This document shows positions 47,339 through 58,333 of a stretch of 63,847 nt of DNA, one piece after another (positions within the stretch are counted from its first letter, which is position 1; each line of letters begins with the position of its first letter). Position numbers and translations under genes: made by a program. A model generated the notes under the pieces. It was not told the origin of the DNA and did not search any database. It saw only the letters and a program-made list of their open reading frames with translations. The DNA is from a virus (lineage: Duplodnaviria > Caudoviricetes): IMG/VR virus record IMGVR_UViG_3300005832_000038, positions 1-63,847 of that record; one strand, written 5' to 3'.

Positions 47339-48859
47339 ATGCCGACAGTAGGAAAAGTAGAGGCTCGCCCAGGGTTCCAGGGATCGGAAACCACGACGGC
47401 GATTTGCACGATTTATCAACATGGCGACGATCCGATAATATTGACGGGAGAGGGGGAAGGTTCCACGAAATTTTCGGGGAAAAAGTCTACCGATCCCGTG
47501 CCTAGTATCATGTCTGTTCAGACGCAAAAAGCGATGGGTGTTGCTTCGGGCAATTTCGTAATCACATTGAAACCATCAAAAGCAGCGGAATCGCTTTTTG
47601 ATTCTATTGTTGACGATGATTGGGTGGACATTTCATTCGGTAGACATGGCAATTCTTGGCATGTACTTCGCGGCTTAATCGACGAAATTCGAGTGTCGAA
47701 AGCAGTTGGGGGAACGGGCGCGACTACAGAAGTGTTTACCATTACCGGTCGGGATTTTGGCCGGATTTGGGAGGGTACGCCGGTTTGGTATAACCCGTAT
47801 GCTTCGCATGAATTCGTTGAAGAAAAAACAATGCGGAATACGTTTAATGGGCTACTGCAAATAGCGAAAGATCCCGGTACGGTAGCGATGGCTTTCTTAA
47901 AGGATTTTCTAGAAGCTATCCAGGACGAAAAGGGCGCAAATTGGAATCCACCGAACGGGATGCCGGGTATCAGCGGCGAAAGTATTAGAGAAAGTATCGA
48001 ATATTCCAAACAATATTATCAAGACTTGCCTCATAGAATAAATTTCAATTTGAATTCGGCTTTGCCCCAAGGGATGTTATGGGATCTGGCTAAGCAGTAT
48101 TCGGATCCGATGTACACTGAATTATACGTGGATGTGCTCCCAGGGGGAGATCCATTTTCGCCTAGAATCGCGGCGGGGGATCCTCTTGATCCGAGTGAAA
48201 CGAAAATGACCGCCGTTATTCGGGATAAACCTTTTCCGATTGTCTACACTGAATTGGATGGTTATTACGCGACGTGGGATAAATTGCCGCTTATCGAAGT
48301 GCAAAGACAAGAAATTTCTACAGCAAATCTAGGGCGCTCAGGCCTCGAAAGATTCAATATATTTTTTGTCGCAGGCCTTCTCACGCAAGAAGAGTTTCCC
48401 GAACACGCGATTACCATGTTGCAACCGTTGTACGATGGCGACAGCATTAGACGCCACGGGATGCGGCGCATGGACATTCAACTCGGCGTGCGGACGAATC
48501 CCGCGTATAGTTTGGACTATACGACTATGGTTAAACACATGAGGTATCTTTTGCGAGATTGGTATTGCTTGAATCCCTATTTGTATTCGGGCACAATCGA
48601 ATTAGCGCACGGGAGGCCAGACATAAAAATCGGATGTCGTGTTCGTATCCCAGGCGCGGCTTTAGCGAATAATCAAGAACAACCTTCGGAAACGTATTAC
48701 GTGGAAACTGTAGACAATATTTGGCAGTTTGGATCCGGGGCTCGCACGATATTAGGTGTAACGCGGGGTTGGCTGGGGACAGATAATTCCTACTTGGATG
48801 CGTTGTCTACAGTAGCCGGTAGGTATCAGTTGGCAGACATAACCGGGGGGATGACCTAA
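47339..48859 (+). CDS. Baseplate hub protein
   Basis: GNFVITL..DWVDI..GLID..ITGRDFG, GTI..GRPDIKIG, YYVE.V. Confidence 0.75.
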   Translation: MPTVGKVEARPGFQGSETTTAICTIYQHGDDPIILTGEGEGSTKFSGKKSTDPVPSIMSVQTQKAMGVASGNFVITLKPSKAAESLFDSIVDDDWVDISFGRHGNSWHVLRGLIDEIRVSKAVGGTGATTEVFTITGRDFGRIWEGTPVWYNPYASHEFVEEKTMRNTFNGLLQIAKDPGTVAMAFLKDFLEAIQDEKGANWNPPNGMPGISGESIRESIEYSKQYYQDLPHRINFNLNSALPQGMLWDLAKQYSDPMYTELYVDVLPGGDPFSPRIAAGDPLDPSETKMTAVIRDKPFPIVYTELDGYYATWDKLPLIEVQRQEISTANLGRSGLERFNIFFVAGLLTQEEFPEHAITMLQPLYDGDSIRRHGMRRMDIQLGVRTNPAYSLDYTTMVKHMRYLLRDWYCLNPYLYSGTIELAHGRPDIKIGCRVRIPGAALANNQEQPSETYYVETVDNIWQFGSGARTILGVTRGWLGTDNSYLDALSTVAGRYQLADITGGMT

Positions 48860-49845
48860 TGTGGGAGAGTTTACGAGTGGGCGCGGGTACGCGTATCCAA
48901 TCGGGTGTACCCGTAAAAAAAGTATCTAGCGATGGAATTCACGCCCGCGGGTTACTTCTTCGGGGTGTCGTGATGGCCACCTACGTAACCGACGATACTA
49001 CGCACCCACAAGCCGATGATTCATTCGGGGTGCCGTCGGCGGTGTATTGCGATGTGCTGGTTTATGCGAGTATCCCAGGCCAGCGGTGGTTTACCCTGGG
49101 AAAGGTTTTGGTTACTCAGAATCGTGGGGGTCTGCATCGAGGGGATTTATGGAAGCCCAGGGCAACGACGGCCAATATCCTAGGAGATTGGAATGAATAC
49201 GAAGGGAGTAACCCAGCATATTTCGACGGTGACCATGTTTTGGTTGGATTCTTGAACGACAGTCTACAACAACCGATCATTTTACGAGGCCTCCCTCACC
49301 CTTCCCGCGACGTGGGGAACGGGGATTACGATATTGGTAAGCGCATGAAATTAAAACTTGTGGACGGGGATCCCGAGTTTTCCAAACACCACGGGGTTTA
49401 TTGGGGCGTTGACGACGGGGGTAATTTCATCGTTGATACGACGTTCGGGAATGACGGAAGCATCGATGGGGACGGTAAAGAGCCGGGGCCCCCAACGAAC
49501 GGTACCCAAGGAAACCAGGTACGCAAAATCCCGGTAGACTCCTCACATGAATTGATTGTGCTCGATATGGCTGATCCTACTTCTCCCGTGGAGGTGGGGA
49601 AGCTCGTTTTCCGGGCAAACGGGGGGAAAGACGACGTGACTTTAAAATTGGGAACGGGCGCGGTATCAGTCGCGATAGCCGATCATTTGGAAACGCTCTA
49701 CACCACGACGTTAACGGGAATTAAGGCGATTTTTGAAACCCATAAACATCCAACGGGAACCGGGCCTAGCGGCGTCTCGGATTTGCAATTACCGGATTGG
49801 GATTCGGCGATCAATTCTGCAAAATTGACAATATCGGATAACTGA
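48859..49845 (+). CDS. Baseplate central spike (gpV/gp5-like)
   Basis: OB-fold GDHVLVGFL..PII; C-terminal HKHPT metal-binding tip. Confidence 0.8.
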   Translation: MWESLRVGAGTRIQSGVPVKKVSSDGIHARGLLLRGVVMATYVTDDTTHPQADDSFGVPSAVYCDVLVYASIPGQRWFTLGKVLVTQNRGGLHRGDLWKPRATTANILGDWNEYEGSNPAYFDGDHVLVGFLNDSLQQPIILRGLPHPSRDVGNGDYDIGKRMKLKLVDGDPEFSKHHGVYWGVDDGGNFIVDTTFGNDGSIDGDGKEPGPPTNGTQGNQVRKIPVDSSHELIVLDMADPTSPVEVGKLVFRANGGKDDVTLKLGTGAVSVAIADHLETLYTTTLTGIKAIFETHKHPTGTGPSGVSDLQLPDWDSAINSAKLTISDN

Positions 49846-49859
49846 CGGAGTTTCACGGT

Positions 49860-50330
49860 ATGACATTATCATCGAGTACACTCGCAACGGAATTAAAGAA
49901 TTTACCGTTATACGATGATGAGGGGGAAGCAGTCACGGGTTTTACAAACGCTTTTGGCACCTATTTCGCGGGCGCGATATCGAACGGTATACCGATTAAC
50001 GCAGCGGCTTTGCTCGCAGCAAAGGAGGCGATGAAGGTGGCAATGTTAGCCTTGTTATCGTCGAACGCGGCTAGTGCCTTGCGCTTAGGGATTCTCGCTT
50101 TCTGGGGTGCGCTCGTACCGGTTACGGCGTGGGCGACGGTGACGGTGATCACGCCTCCCGTATTACTGGCCAACCTCGAAACGGATTTGTTGGTCACGTT
50201 CAATAACAACAAAACGGGGAAATTGAGCAAAGACGTAGCAATGACGGCAATTGCCGCAAAAATCCATACGGATAACGTTGGGGGATTGGCAACCTGGCCT
50301 AGCCCAGTCGGCGCAGTGTTGATCACGTAG
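49860..50330 (+). CDS. Ala-rich baseplate-associated protein
   Basis: Synteny after spike. Confidence 0.55.
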   Translation: MTLSSSTLATELKNLPLYDDEGEAVTGFTNAFGTYFAGAISNGIPINAAALLAAKEAMKVAMLALLSSNAASALRLGILAFWGALVPVTAWATVTVITPPVLLANLETDLLVTFNNNKTGKLSKDVAMTAIAAKIHTDNVGGLATWPSPVGAVLIT

Positions 50331-50339
50331 AGGGAAAGA

Positions 50340-52322
50340 ATGCCTAGCAGTACGATAGAATACATTAGGGAAAAAGCGAGGCAACGCGCCCAACAAGACG
50401 ACAAATTTTTACGGCGCATGTTGTACTTTTTCGAGTTACGTTTGCCTTATTCCCTATTGCAGATAAAAACACAAAGCTTTTTGTTTCCGTTGGTTATCCC
50501 TCCTGAATCCTACTCCATGGACGAGCCGTTTTCGGCGGAAGTAACCCCTACTCAAGGCGGCGGGGTGTACGTCGAGGAAAACGGAATCGTGCAACGGTCT
50601 ATACATTTGCGAGGACACACGGGTTTTAAGCCCAGACCGCTCAAGTCGTATGACTCATTGCCAGCCGGTAATATCCCGGTACCAGCTATTCTGAATCCAA
50701 AGCAAAAATCGTTTTCGCGGGTATTGCCTACGTCGCCAGTACGCCAGGCGATTTCAGGACAGAGGCATTTCCAGTATTTACAGGATTCCGTTTTTCGAAC
50801 GTACGCGGACTTGAAAAGAGATCCCGCTACTTCGGAAGAAACGGTTATGATTTTTCATAACCCGAAAGACGATGAACATTGGATAGTGATTCCCCAAAAA
50901 TTCACGCTCGAGCGCGAAAGTGGGCAACCGTTTCTGTATCGATACAATATCGAACTACTGGCCGTAGACACGGCGGAGGCAAAGGACGCGGATTTTTCGG
51001 AAGATAAAAATATCTTCGACAAAATGAAGGACACTTTGCGCTCGATGAAACGCGGCGTGGATCTAGCCACGGGCGCGTTACATGATTTAACGGCGATACA
51101 GGCGGAGGCAAAGGCCTACATAAACAACGTTTCTCAAATTATTGATTCAGTCACCACGGTATTAAGCGCGGCGTCGGATTTTATCAATGGTGTTACTGAT
51201 TTGATACAAACGCCTCTTTCACATTTAACAGCAACCGTGGCGCTAATCGATGAGGCGGCGGAGTTGGTTAGCACGCACAAAGAATTAGGGGATACCTATT
51301 CCAATTTTCCAGAAGACTATCTTCAAAAATTACGACAAATGGCGGACGGTTTAGAGCAACTAGGGACAATTCCGTCAAGCTGGGAAACTCCTACGGAAGC
51401 GACTCTAAGAAAGATTCGAGATCAACAGGATCTACGTCGGATGATTAGCTCTACCAGAAAATCGGCTTCCCTTTCCCGGAGTATCACAACGTTATCGGAA
51501 GCTCGAGCGCTGGGAACCAATTTGACGGCCGGGGATGTGATGTCCGCCGATGGCACGGTGTCGGCGGGTGACCGTATCCGACGGTATAAAAGTGGGCGGC
51601 AAGTGACGATAAACGAGGGTGATACCCTGGTTTCGTTGGCTTCGCGTTATTTGGGCGATGCGCGATTATGGCAGTATATCGCGATAGCCAATGGATTAAA
51701 GCCACCATTCATAGATAATCAGGCGAATATGCCTCTTGTGTCCAGTATGAGCGATGGGAGCCAAACTTCGGGTTCGGCCACGGGCGCGGACGAGGCCGCG
51801 TTTGATCGCGTCCTGGGCGTAGGTAGCAAAATCGTTATCCCATCGAATACTGTTTCGTCTTTGGATTTGCCTATTCTCCCGGTATTGGGTGCCCGATTGG
51901 AAGAAACAACGGAAGAACAATTCCTGGGTACCGATACAGAATTGGTCGGCGAAAGAAACCTATCGGGTTCGGATCGTGTTTTGTACGATGTGCCGATTGA
52001 CACTGAATTAGGCAGCGTAGACGTTAAACTGGTTTCGGGTATGCAAAACTTGGGGCAAGTTATTCTGACGCGGCTACGCGTCGAGCAGGGTACGGATTTG
52101 CTTTACCAGAGATTCGGTACACAACGAATAGTAGGTTTGGGTATGACGGCCGTTAATTTAGAAAATGCGAGGTTTCGTGTTTTGGAATCGTTGGCAAGTG
52201 ATCCACGGTTAGCCGGTATCACAGACATTAATTTCGATTACGAGAACGATGTTTTTCAGGTAGAAATGTTTGTACAGGTTAGGGGATTTTCTGACGTACG
52301 CCCGTTAAGGGTTTTGTTGTAG
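50340..52322 (+). CDS. Baseplate protein: tube-initiator-like N-terminus, LysM, gp25-like C-terminus
   Basis: GDTLVSLASRYLGDARLWQYIAIANGL (LysM); VSGMQNL.Q..RL..EQG..SDPRL (gp25-like). Confidence 0.75.
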   Translation: MPSSTIEYIREKARQRAQQDDKFLRRMLYFFELRLPYSLLQIKTQSFLFPLVIPPESYSMDEPFSAEVTPTQGGGVYVEENGIVQRSIHLRGHTGFKPRPLKSYDSLPAGNIPVPAILNPKQKSFSRVLPTSPVRQAISGQRHFQYLQDSVFRTYADLKRDPATSEETVMIFHNPKDDEHWIVIPQKFTLERESGQPFLYRYNIELLAVDTAEAKDADFSEDKNIFDKMKDTLRSMKRGVDLATGALHDLTAIQAEAKAYINNVSQIIDSVTTVLSAASDFINGVTDLIQTPLSHLTATVALIDEAAELVSTHKELGDTYSNFPEDYLQKLRQMADGLEQLGTIPSSWETPTEATLRKIRDQQDLRRMISSTRKSASLSRSITTLSEARALGTNLTAGDVMSADGTVSAGDRIRRYKSGRQVTINEGDTLVSLASRYLGDARLWQYIAIANGLKPPFIDNQANMPLVSSMSDGSQTSGSATGADEAAFDRVLGVGSKIVIPSNTVSSLDLPILPVLGARLEETTEEQFLGTDTELVGERNLSGSDRVLYDVPIDTELGSVDVKLVSGMQNLGQVILTRLRVEQGTDLLYQRFGTQRIVGLGMTAVNLENARFRVLESLASDPRLAGITDINFDYENDVFQVEMFVQVRGFSDVRPLRVLL

Positions 52323-52330
52323 AGGTTAAG

Positions 52331-53743
52331 ATGCCACGATTTACGATAAAACGTTATGAGCAGATTCTAACTCAAATGATCGCTAAAGTCGTGACTCGAA
52401 CACGACTAAGCGACATTTCAGACGCGTCAACCTGGAAACACGTACTCGCAGCAGCGGCACGGCAAGACGATGAATTGTATTATCAGATGTCGTTGCTTCT
52501 AAAGCTGTTCTCAATCGATACCGCCAAAGGCGATGATTTGGTGGAACGTGCCAAAGAAATTCAACCGGGACTAGTCACCAAAGACGATCCGGTAAAAGCG
52601 GCCGGTAACGTGGTTTTCTCCAGGGCGGGAACAGTGGGAACGTTGGCGATTCCGATTGGTACGAAAATCAAAACAGCCGGTAATATCATATTCACTACCA
52701 CGGCAGCGGGGAGCATAACGGCCACGAGCCCCGAGCAAATAGCCGGGCATGGTGTTGGTAGGGATTCGGGACTAATCCCAGCGGTGGCAGACATTGCGGG
52801 GGTAACTGGGAACGTAGAAGCGAACACTATTATCAAATTTATATCTAAACCGACCGGAATAGACGAGGTGACGAACCCGTCTAGATTCGCGTATGGGGCA
52901 GACGAGGAAAGCGATGATTCATTTCTAAACAAAATAAAAACCTACGTATCGACGTTAGCGCGTGGCACGGTGGAAGCTTTGGAGTACGCCGTGCTGGGAG
53001 CAGAAGACACTACCACAGGCGCAAAGATTTTGTTCTCGAAAGCAGTAGAAGATTTAGTCAACTTGGGGAACGTCACGGTGTACATTGACGATGGTACCGG
53101 TTCGGCGGAAACGTATGAAGCAGTCGTAGCCGAAAACGTGACGGCCGGTTTGGCCGGGCCTCCCGCCGATTCGGCGGTTGGCGGTGAAACGTACTTGTTC
53201 CTTGATTATAAACCCGTGCGAGTGACGTCACCTTTCACGTTGACTAGCTCAACTCGAGGCGTGCTTGTCCAAGATACCGATTACTATCTGAACGAGGCTT
53301 CGGGGCAAATAAATTTTGCGCCAGCATTGGCAGCGGCGGAGGTGATTACCGCTGATTATACGCGATTTACGGGATTGATAGCAGAGGCACAAAAAATACT
53401 AGACGGGGATCTAAACGACAGAACGAATTACCCAGGAATACGTGCGGGAGGTATAAAGGTTCTCGCGTTAACTCCGCAAATTTTGATACAAAACATTTCA
53501 CTGGGGATCTCGATACTCGAAGGCTATGATCGCGATGAAGTTAAAGCGGCGGTTAAAACCGCCATTAGAGATTACGTGAATACGTTAAATGTTTCCGGGG
53601 ATGTGATTTTGAGCAAATTAATTCAAATAGCCATGACGGTCGCCGGGGTTTATAAAGCAACCATTATATTGCCCGCAAATGATACAATTCTATTAGATGA
53701 CCAATTAGCGAGGACAACGGACGCTAATATTTCCGTAGCGTGA
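52331..53743 (+). CDS. Baseplate wedge protein (gpJ/gp6-like)
   Basis: IDTAKGDDL, IPIGT, G..GNV, VTNP..GADEESDD, YVNTLNV.GDV. Confidence 0.9.
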   Translation: MPRFTIKRYEQILTQMIAKVVTRTRLSDISDASTWKHVLAAAARQDDELYYQMSLLLKLFSIDTAKGDDLVERAKEIQPGLVTKDDPVKAAGNVVFSRAGTVGTLAIPIGTKIKTAGNIIFTTTAAGSITATSPEQIAGHGVGRDSGLIPAVADIAGVTGNVEANTIIKFISKPTGIDEVTNPSRFAYGADEESDDSFLNKIKTYVSTLARGTVEALEYAVLGAEDTTTGAKILFSKAVEDLVNLGNVTVYIDDGTGSAETYEAVVAENVTAGLAGPPADSAVGGETYLFLDYKPVRVTSPFTLTSSTRGVLVQDTDYYLNEASGQINFAPALAAAEVITADYTRFTGLIAEAQKILDGDLNDRTNYPGIRAGGIKVLALTPQILIQNISLGISILEGYDRDEVKAAVKTAIRDYVNTLNVSGDVILSKLIQIAMTVAGVYKATIILPANDTILLDDQLARTTDANISVA

Positions 53744-53751
53744 GGTAAATT

Positions 53752-54159
53752 ATGGCTTTTTCATTGACGTCAATTTCCCCACAAAAAGTGTTTTGCGACG
53801 GTGGGCGTTTGCTTACTGTTACGGGGGTATTCGAATTAAGGCACCGTTACCGCGTGCACGTAGGCAATTCGGAAACAACTTCCGATCCGATTTGTTATTC
53901 TGGGATACCGGGGCAAGGTAATGTCGTGTACCCAACAAATGCAACTACGTTAGTAGCGCGCACACCGTTACTTGTTCCCAGCGTAACCCCGTATTCTGTT
54001 TTAGTCGTAGACTTGGATACAGCGGTAGTACATTCATTGCTAAACGTGCTAACAGCGTTGAATAAGCAATTTTACTCTTTGGTTTATGGTTACAGAAAAG
54101 TTATGCACGGGGATTATAAAGTGGGCCCAAGAAATATCGAATTAGAAGCGCCAGTGTAA
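53752..54159 (+). CDS. Ig-like (IPT/TIG-like) structural protein
   Basis: LTSISP..GG.LLTVTG.F..TTLVARTP. Confidence 0.55.
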   Translation: MAFSLTSISPQKVFCDGGRLLTVTGVFELRHRYRVHVGNSETTSDPICYSGIPGQGNVVYPTNATTLVARTPLLVPSVTPYSVLVVDLDTAVVHSLLNVLTALNKQFYSLVYGYRKVMHGDYKVGPRNIELEAPV

Positions 54160-54171
54160 AGGGTAAAACAA

Positions 54172-55986
54172 ATGATAGAAATAGTAATCGATGTAGCAGG
54201 GGAAGCGGCGGGATCGCCGGGGGTAGCAAGAGAATTCGCGTACGGAAAAATTGACCCTACCCCGCCTTTAGTGACGTGCTCGCTCGACGATGATACGGGG
54301 ATTACCTCCTATTTTTGGGAATTTATTAGCCAGCCCATAGGGGCCTCGGCGTCGTTTTCAAGTAGCAGTGCAGCGGCCCCAACATTTACCCCTACGGTAT
54401 CGGTTTCAGGCACGTATTTGATTCGATGTACGGTAAACGGCGGGGCAGATTTCAACACGAACGCCCTCGCGTTTACAACCGAGAATCGCGCTATTCGAAA
54501 GCCCGCGCCAGGGGAAACAACGCAATTCAGTGACGGTCGCGGCTGGGAAATCGCCATGGCTACCATGATTGACATGGTGGACGCTATATCCTCGGCTACG
54601 CCGGAGTTCGTTAACCAGGTTTGGATTGACGCGGACAACGGAAGTGACATAACCGGGGACGGCACCAAGGCGCTACCGTTCGCAACGTTGGCAGCGGCGG
54701 CAACTTCTATATCCCCGCCAGCCGATTTTGCGGAGTATTCGACGCCGGTTGTGTTTCATGTTGGTCCGGGCACATACGCGGGAGCGGTAGCCTTACCGTA
54801 TCGGATGGACCTAACGGTTATTGGTTATGGTGCTACCATTTCGGGGGCGGTAGCCTGGGATTACAAAATTGAGTATATCTCGCCGCAAAGTAAATACTCT
54901 GTATTTCCCGCGTTGCGTTTGGTGGGGGCGTACACTAATGGTTTAATACTCGGAAATATTACCACAAAGAATGCTGATACCTTGCAAGAGGCTATGTATC
55001 TTCGGATGCTATTTGCCAAAAATTGCGTGCTTGACGGTAATATTTTGAATTTACAATCGGGGGCATCGACGCCAGCAAATATCACGGGAAACTTAACAGT
55101 TTACATTAAAGATTGCCAAAATGCGTATGCGACGCCGGGGACAGTGCGAATTGGTGGGGAACGTGAAACCTCAGACGGTGCGGATACTGCTAATACGCTC
55201 TTTTTGGTGGTGACTAATTCGACGTTAGCGCAAAAAGTTTGCGGGTGTACGGCAATCCGGGAATGCTTTTTTACCGCGTTTATTGGTGGGATTGACTATG
55301 CCATTAATCCTGTTTCGGGCGCGGGATCTTATGCCGGGAATGTGGGTGGATCTGCGGGATCGACGTGCTCTTTCAGAATGTGCTCTTTCGCCAGCCCAAA
55401 AGTATTTGGGTGGGATGGTGTTACTGGTGGGGCAGCTACCGCGTTTAATTTAGACGTGCATTCGTTTACTGCGCTTTCGACGCATACTCTCGATAATGTC
55501 ACTGAGTCCTTATTCGATCAAGCGGTAGGGCTCGCTGTAGATAATTCGGGGTGGGGTGGAAACCTTGGTTCGGAAGAGACTGTCCAAGCGGCGTTGGATA
55601 CGATTGACGGTTTATCTATCCCGACGCTTCCTTCGATTTACGATGATACTACGGTGTTTACCGATGTTGCGGCCACGGGCGGCACGTCTACTGTTCAATT
55701 GGACGTGGGTTCCATAGACGACGGGGTAGTTGAGGCGGTGAAACTAGCCATTACGGCGGGGACATCCGCTGATACAACAATTCAATTGTACGACGGAGAT
55801 CCTACCCTTACGGGGGTTCTCATTTACGAAGCCCCAAGTTTGGATTTGGTAACACAAGCTTTGGATGATCGAAATTGCTGGTATGCTGAGTTTGTTACCA
55901 CGGGGGATCTTTGGGCGAAGATAACCAATGATGGCGCGTCTATTTCTTCTTACAGTTTGCGATTAAGAATCAAAGGCGATGCGTAA
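54172..55986 (+). CDS. Tail fibre/spike-like protein (PKD-like plus beta-helix-like)
   Basis: SYFWEFISQP..PTFTP..GTY; GSDITGDGT..PFATL..A. Confidence 0.65.
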   Translation: MIEIVIDVAGEAAGSPGVAREFAYGKIDPTPPLVTCSLDDDTGITSYFWEFISQPIGASASFSSSSAAAPTFTPTVSVSGTYLIRCTVNGGADFNTNALAFTTENRAIRKPAPGETTQFSDGRGWEIAMATMIDMVDAISSATPEFVNQVWIDADNGSDITGDGTKALPFATLAAAATSISPPADFAEYSTPVVFHVGPGTYAGAVALPYRMDLTVIGYGATISGAVAWDYKIEYISPQSKYSVFPALRLVGAYTNGLILGNITTKNADTLQEAMYLRMLFAKNCVLDGNILNLQSGASTPANITGNLTVYIKDCQNAYATPGTVRIGGERETSDGADTANTLFLVVTNSTLAQKVCGCTAIRECFFTAFIGGIDYAINPVSGAGSYAGNVGGSAGSTCSFRMCSFASPKVFGWDGVTGGAATAFNLDVHSFTALSTHTLDNVTESLFDQAVGLAVDNSGWGGNLGSEETVQAALDTIDGLSIPTLPSIYDDTTVFTDVAATGGTSTVQLDVGSIDDGVVEAVKLAITAGTSADTTIQLYDGDPTLTGVLIYEAPSLDLVTQALDDRNCWYAEFVTTGDLWAKITNDGASISSYSLRLRIKGDA

Positions 55987-55997
55987 GGAGAGGCATT

Positions 55998-57038
55998 ATG
56001 ACACTTGTCTTGGAAAATGGCCCATATATTTTTAACGTTAACAACGCGTTTGCGGAAGGCAGCACTGATAACAAATTTAAGCGTATGTTGCTGGAATTAA
56101 AAAATTGCTTAGTTGATCTTGGTGGCACGGGCGTTATTTGGACGGTAGTTGCGTCAAGCGATAGCGTTTCTGTCAAAAATATCGGGGACGCTGATCCTGA
56201 TTTGTGGCTAGATATAGGGGATATTATAGGGAATCCAGCGGGTACTCAGTCTTGGTGTATCCTAGAAAACTCAACTACGGGCGGACAGTTATTGATAAAT
56301 GCTTACTATATTGCTAGTAATTTTTATCACTACGCCAATATTTTATATTCACCGGCCGGTCTTTTTACGGATGACGGCACAACTACGGTCAAACCTACAG
56401 CAACGGATTCGACGTATGTTGTACCAAACAATGCGGATTTCACTCTGAATAGTAGTGTTTATCTCAATTTCGTATTGCACGTAATGACTTCCGCAGATCA
56501 CAAAACGACTAGATTTTATTTTATGGAACGTGGTTTGGGGTTGCCTGGTATCGGCGGAAAAATGGGTTTGATTGAAGAGGTCGTTAATACTCCTTCTGAA
56601 TGGATTTCGACTAATAAAGTTTGTGTTTTGAATAATAACATTACGCCCGTTTGCAACAGCGAGCCTTATTACGAATATCCTATGATTTATAATTTAGATG
56701 ATATGGATTGGAATGTGTATTTAGAAACGGCGACGCCTTACGCTGGATGGATTGCGACACGAGTGACGGCGGAATGTTATGGTTCGATAGGCTATGCTGG
56801 CGGTGGTCAGGGCAGACCGATTATTCACGTTGGGGGAAATGTAAGTAAAATTGGCTTGTTTCGACCGAACGCAGGAACGTACGGTGGATCGTACGGCCGA
56901 TTACGCGATATATATTGGGGTCCCTATTACAATTATTCAATGACCACTTACCCGGATGATGGTTCTGGGGATTGGATACAGTTAGCCGCTTTTATAATGC
57001 CTTGGAATGGTAGTAAACCGATACCGGTTGAGTACTGA
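55998..57038 (+). CDS. Paralog array member 1 (subtype A), putative virion/receptor-binding protein
   Basis: LENGP, MTSADHK, GRLRDIY, PWNG. Confidence 0.8.
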   Translation: MTLVLENGPYIFNVNNAFAEGSTDNKFKRMLLELKNCLVDLGGTGVIWTVVASSDSVSVKNIGDADPDLWLDIGDIIGNPAGTQSWCILENSTTGGQLLINAYYIASNFYHYANILYSPAGLFTDDGTTTVKPTATDSTYVVPNNADFTLNSSVYLNFVLHVMTSADHKTTRFYFMERGLGLPGIGGKMGLIEEVVNTPSEWISTNKVCVLNNNITPVCNSEPYYEYPMIYNLDDMDWNVYLETATPYAGWIATRVTAECYGSIGYAGGGQGRPIIHVGGNVSKIGLFRPNAGTYGGSYGRLRDIYWGPYYNYSMTTYPDDGSGDWIQLAAFIMPWNGSKPIPVEY

Positions 57039-57049
57039 TAGGAGTTATT

Positions 57050-57265
57050 ATGAGTTTTGAAAATATACCGTATGCGATTGGCGATGTTGTTTTGATTCCA
57101 GGATACACGCAAGGTGAGGGAACGATTACTCGTATTGAGTTTAGGGGGGAAGAAGAACCGCAATGTATCATCGAGGTGACCATGATTAACCCTCTAAACA
57201 TTATGGAATATTGTTTCGGCGAAGACGATGAAATGACAATGCACTTTACCAAGAAAGAAGTTTAG
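57050..57265 (+). CDS. Small hypothetical protein
   Basis: AGGAG RBS. Confidence 0.5.
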   Translation: MSFENIPYAIGDVVLIPGYTQGEGTITRIEFRGEEEPQCIIEVTMINPLNIMEYCFGEDDEMTMHFTKKEV

Positions 57266-57267
57266 TC

Positions 57268-58323
57268 ATGCCCGTTCCTGTATTAGAAAAAGGGCCTTGG
57301 ATATTTAACGTCAACAATTTGTTTACAGAATCCAGTAATATAAACATGGGTAAACGTCACCTATTAGAATTAAAGAATGCTTTGGTTAATTTAGGTGGTG
57401 CGGGTGTTATTTGGACAGTAGTTGCTTCAAGTAATGGCGTTTCCGTTAAGAACATCGGTGACGCTAGTCCCGATTTATGGGTGAATACCGGTGACATACT
57501 TTACGCAACGTCAGTCAACCCTCGTTCATGGTGCATTTTAGAAAATTCAACAACGGGATCTCAGTTGTTGATAAATTATGAAACGCAATCGGGGCTATGG
57601 TATGACGCGAACATGGCGTTTTCGCCGGGAGGGACCTTCGCGGCGGATGGCACAACGTCTTCGCCGCCTACTGGTACTGATTTGCGTACTATGTGGCATC
57701 CCTATTGGCACGTTATGCCGAGTAGTGGTGCCTATTATAAAGTTGTGATTAATGTAATGACTTCCGCAGATCACAAAATAACGCGGTTTTATAATCACAT
57801 TCATTATGAATCAAATGTTTATGTCGGGGGAGTGATAGGACTTATCGAAGAGGTACAAGACACGCCCGCAGAATGGAATTCTGCCATTAAGTATGCGGTT
57901 TCATATAATGGTTGGAACATGAATACTAGCGCTACTGGTTATGACCAATCACCGAGGGGGAGTGATGTTGATAATGGTTCCTCTTTAGTAGCTCGATATG
58001 AAACGGCCGAACCATATGCGGGATGGTTAAACTGTTATCCTACGGTCGAGTGTTACGGCGGCATGGAAGGTGCCTATTCGTCCGCGTTGTCCAGGGTAAA
58101 CGCTAGTCTGGGCATGAGTGGTGGCTACCCAGTATGTCCTATAGGATTATTTCGTGAAACCGGATCATACGGGGGAATGTTGGGGAGATTAGCTGATATT
58201 TATTGGGCTCCTTTAAACCACGCATCGCTTGATAATTATCCAGGGGACGCATCTTACCAATGGGTGAAGTGGGGTTGTTACGTAGTGCCTTGGAACGGCA
58301 CGGAACCACTAGACGCGGTGTAA
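57268..58323 (+). CDS. Paralog array member 2 (subtype B)
   Basis: LEKGP, TPAEWNSAIK, GRLADIY, WVKWGC. Confidence 0.8.
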   Translation: MPVPVLEKGPWIFNVNNLFTESSNINMGKRHLLELKNALVNLGGAGVIWTVVASSNGVSVKNIGDASPDLWVNTGDILYATSVNPRSWCILENSTTGSQLLINYETQSGLWYDANMAFSPGGTFAADGTTSSPPTGTDLRTMWHPYWHVMPSSGAYYKVVINVMTSADHKITRFYNHIHYESNVYVGGVIGLIEEVQDTPAEWNSAIKYAVSYNGWNMNTSATGYDQSPRGSDVDNGSSLVARYETAEPYAGWLNCYPTVECYGGMEGAYSSALSRVNASLGMSGGYPVCPIGLFRETGSYGGMLGRLADIYWAPLNHASLDNYPGDASYQWVKWGCYVVPWNGTEPLDAV

Positions 58324-58333
58324 TGGAGCAAAA

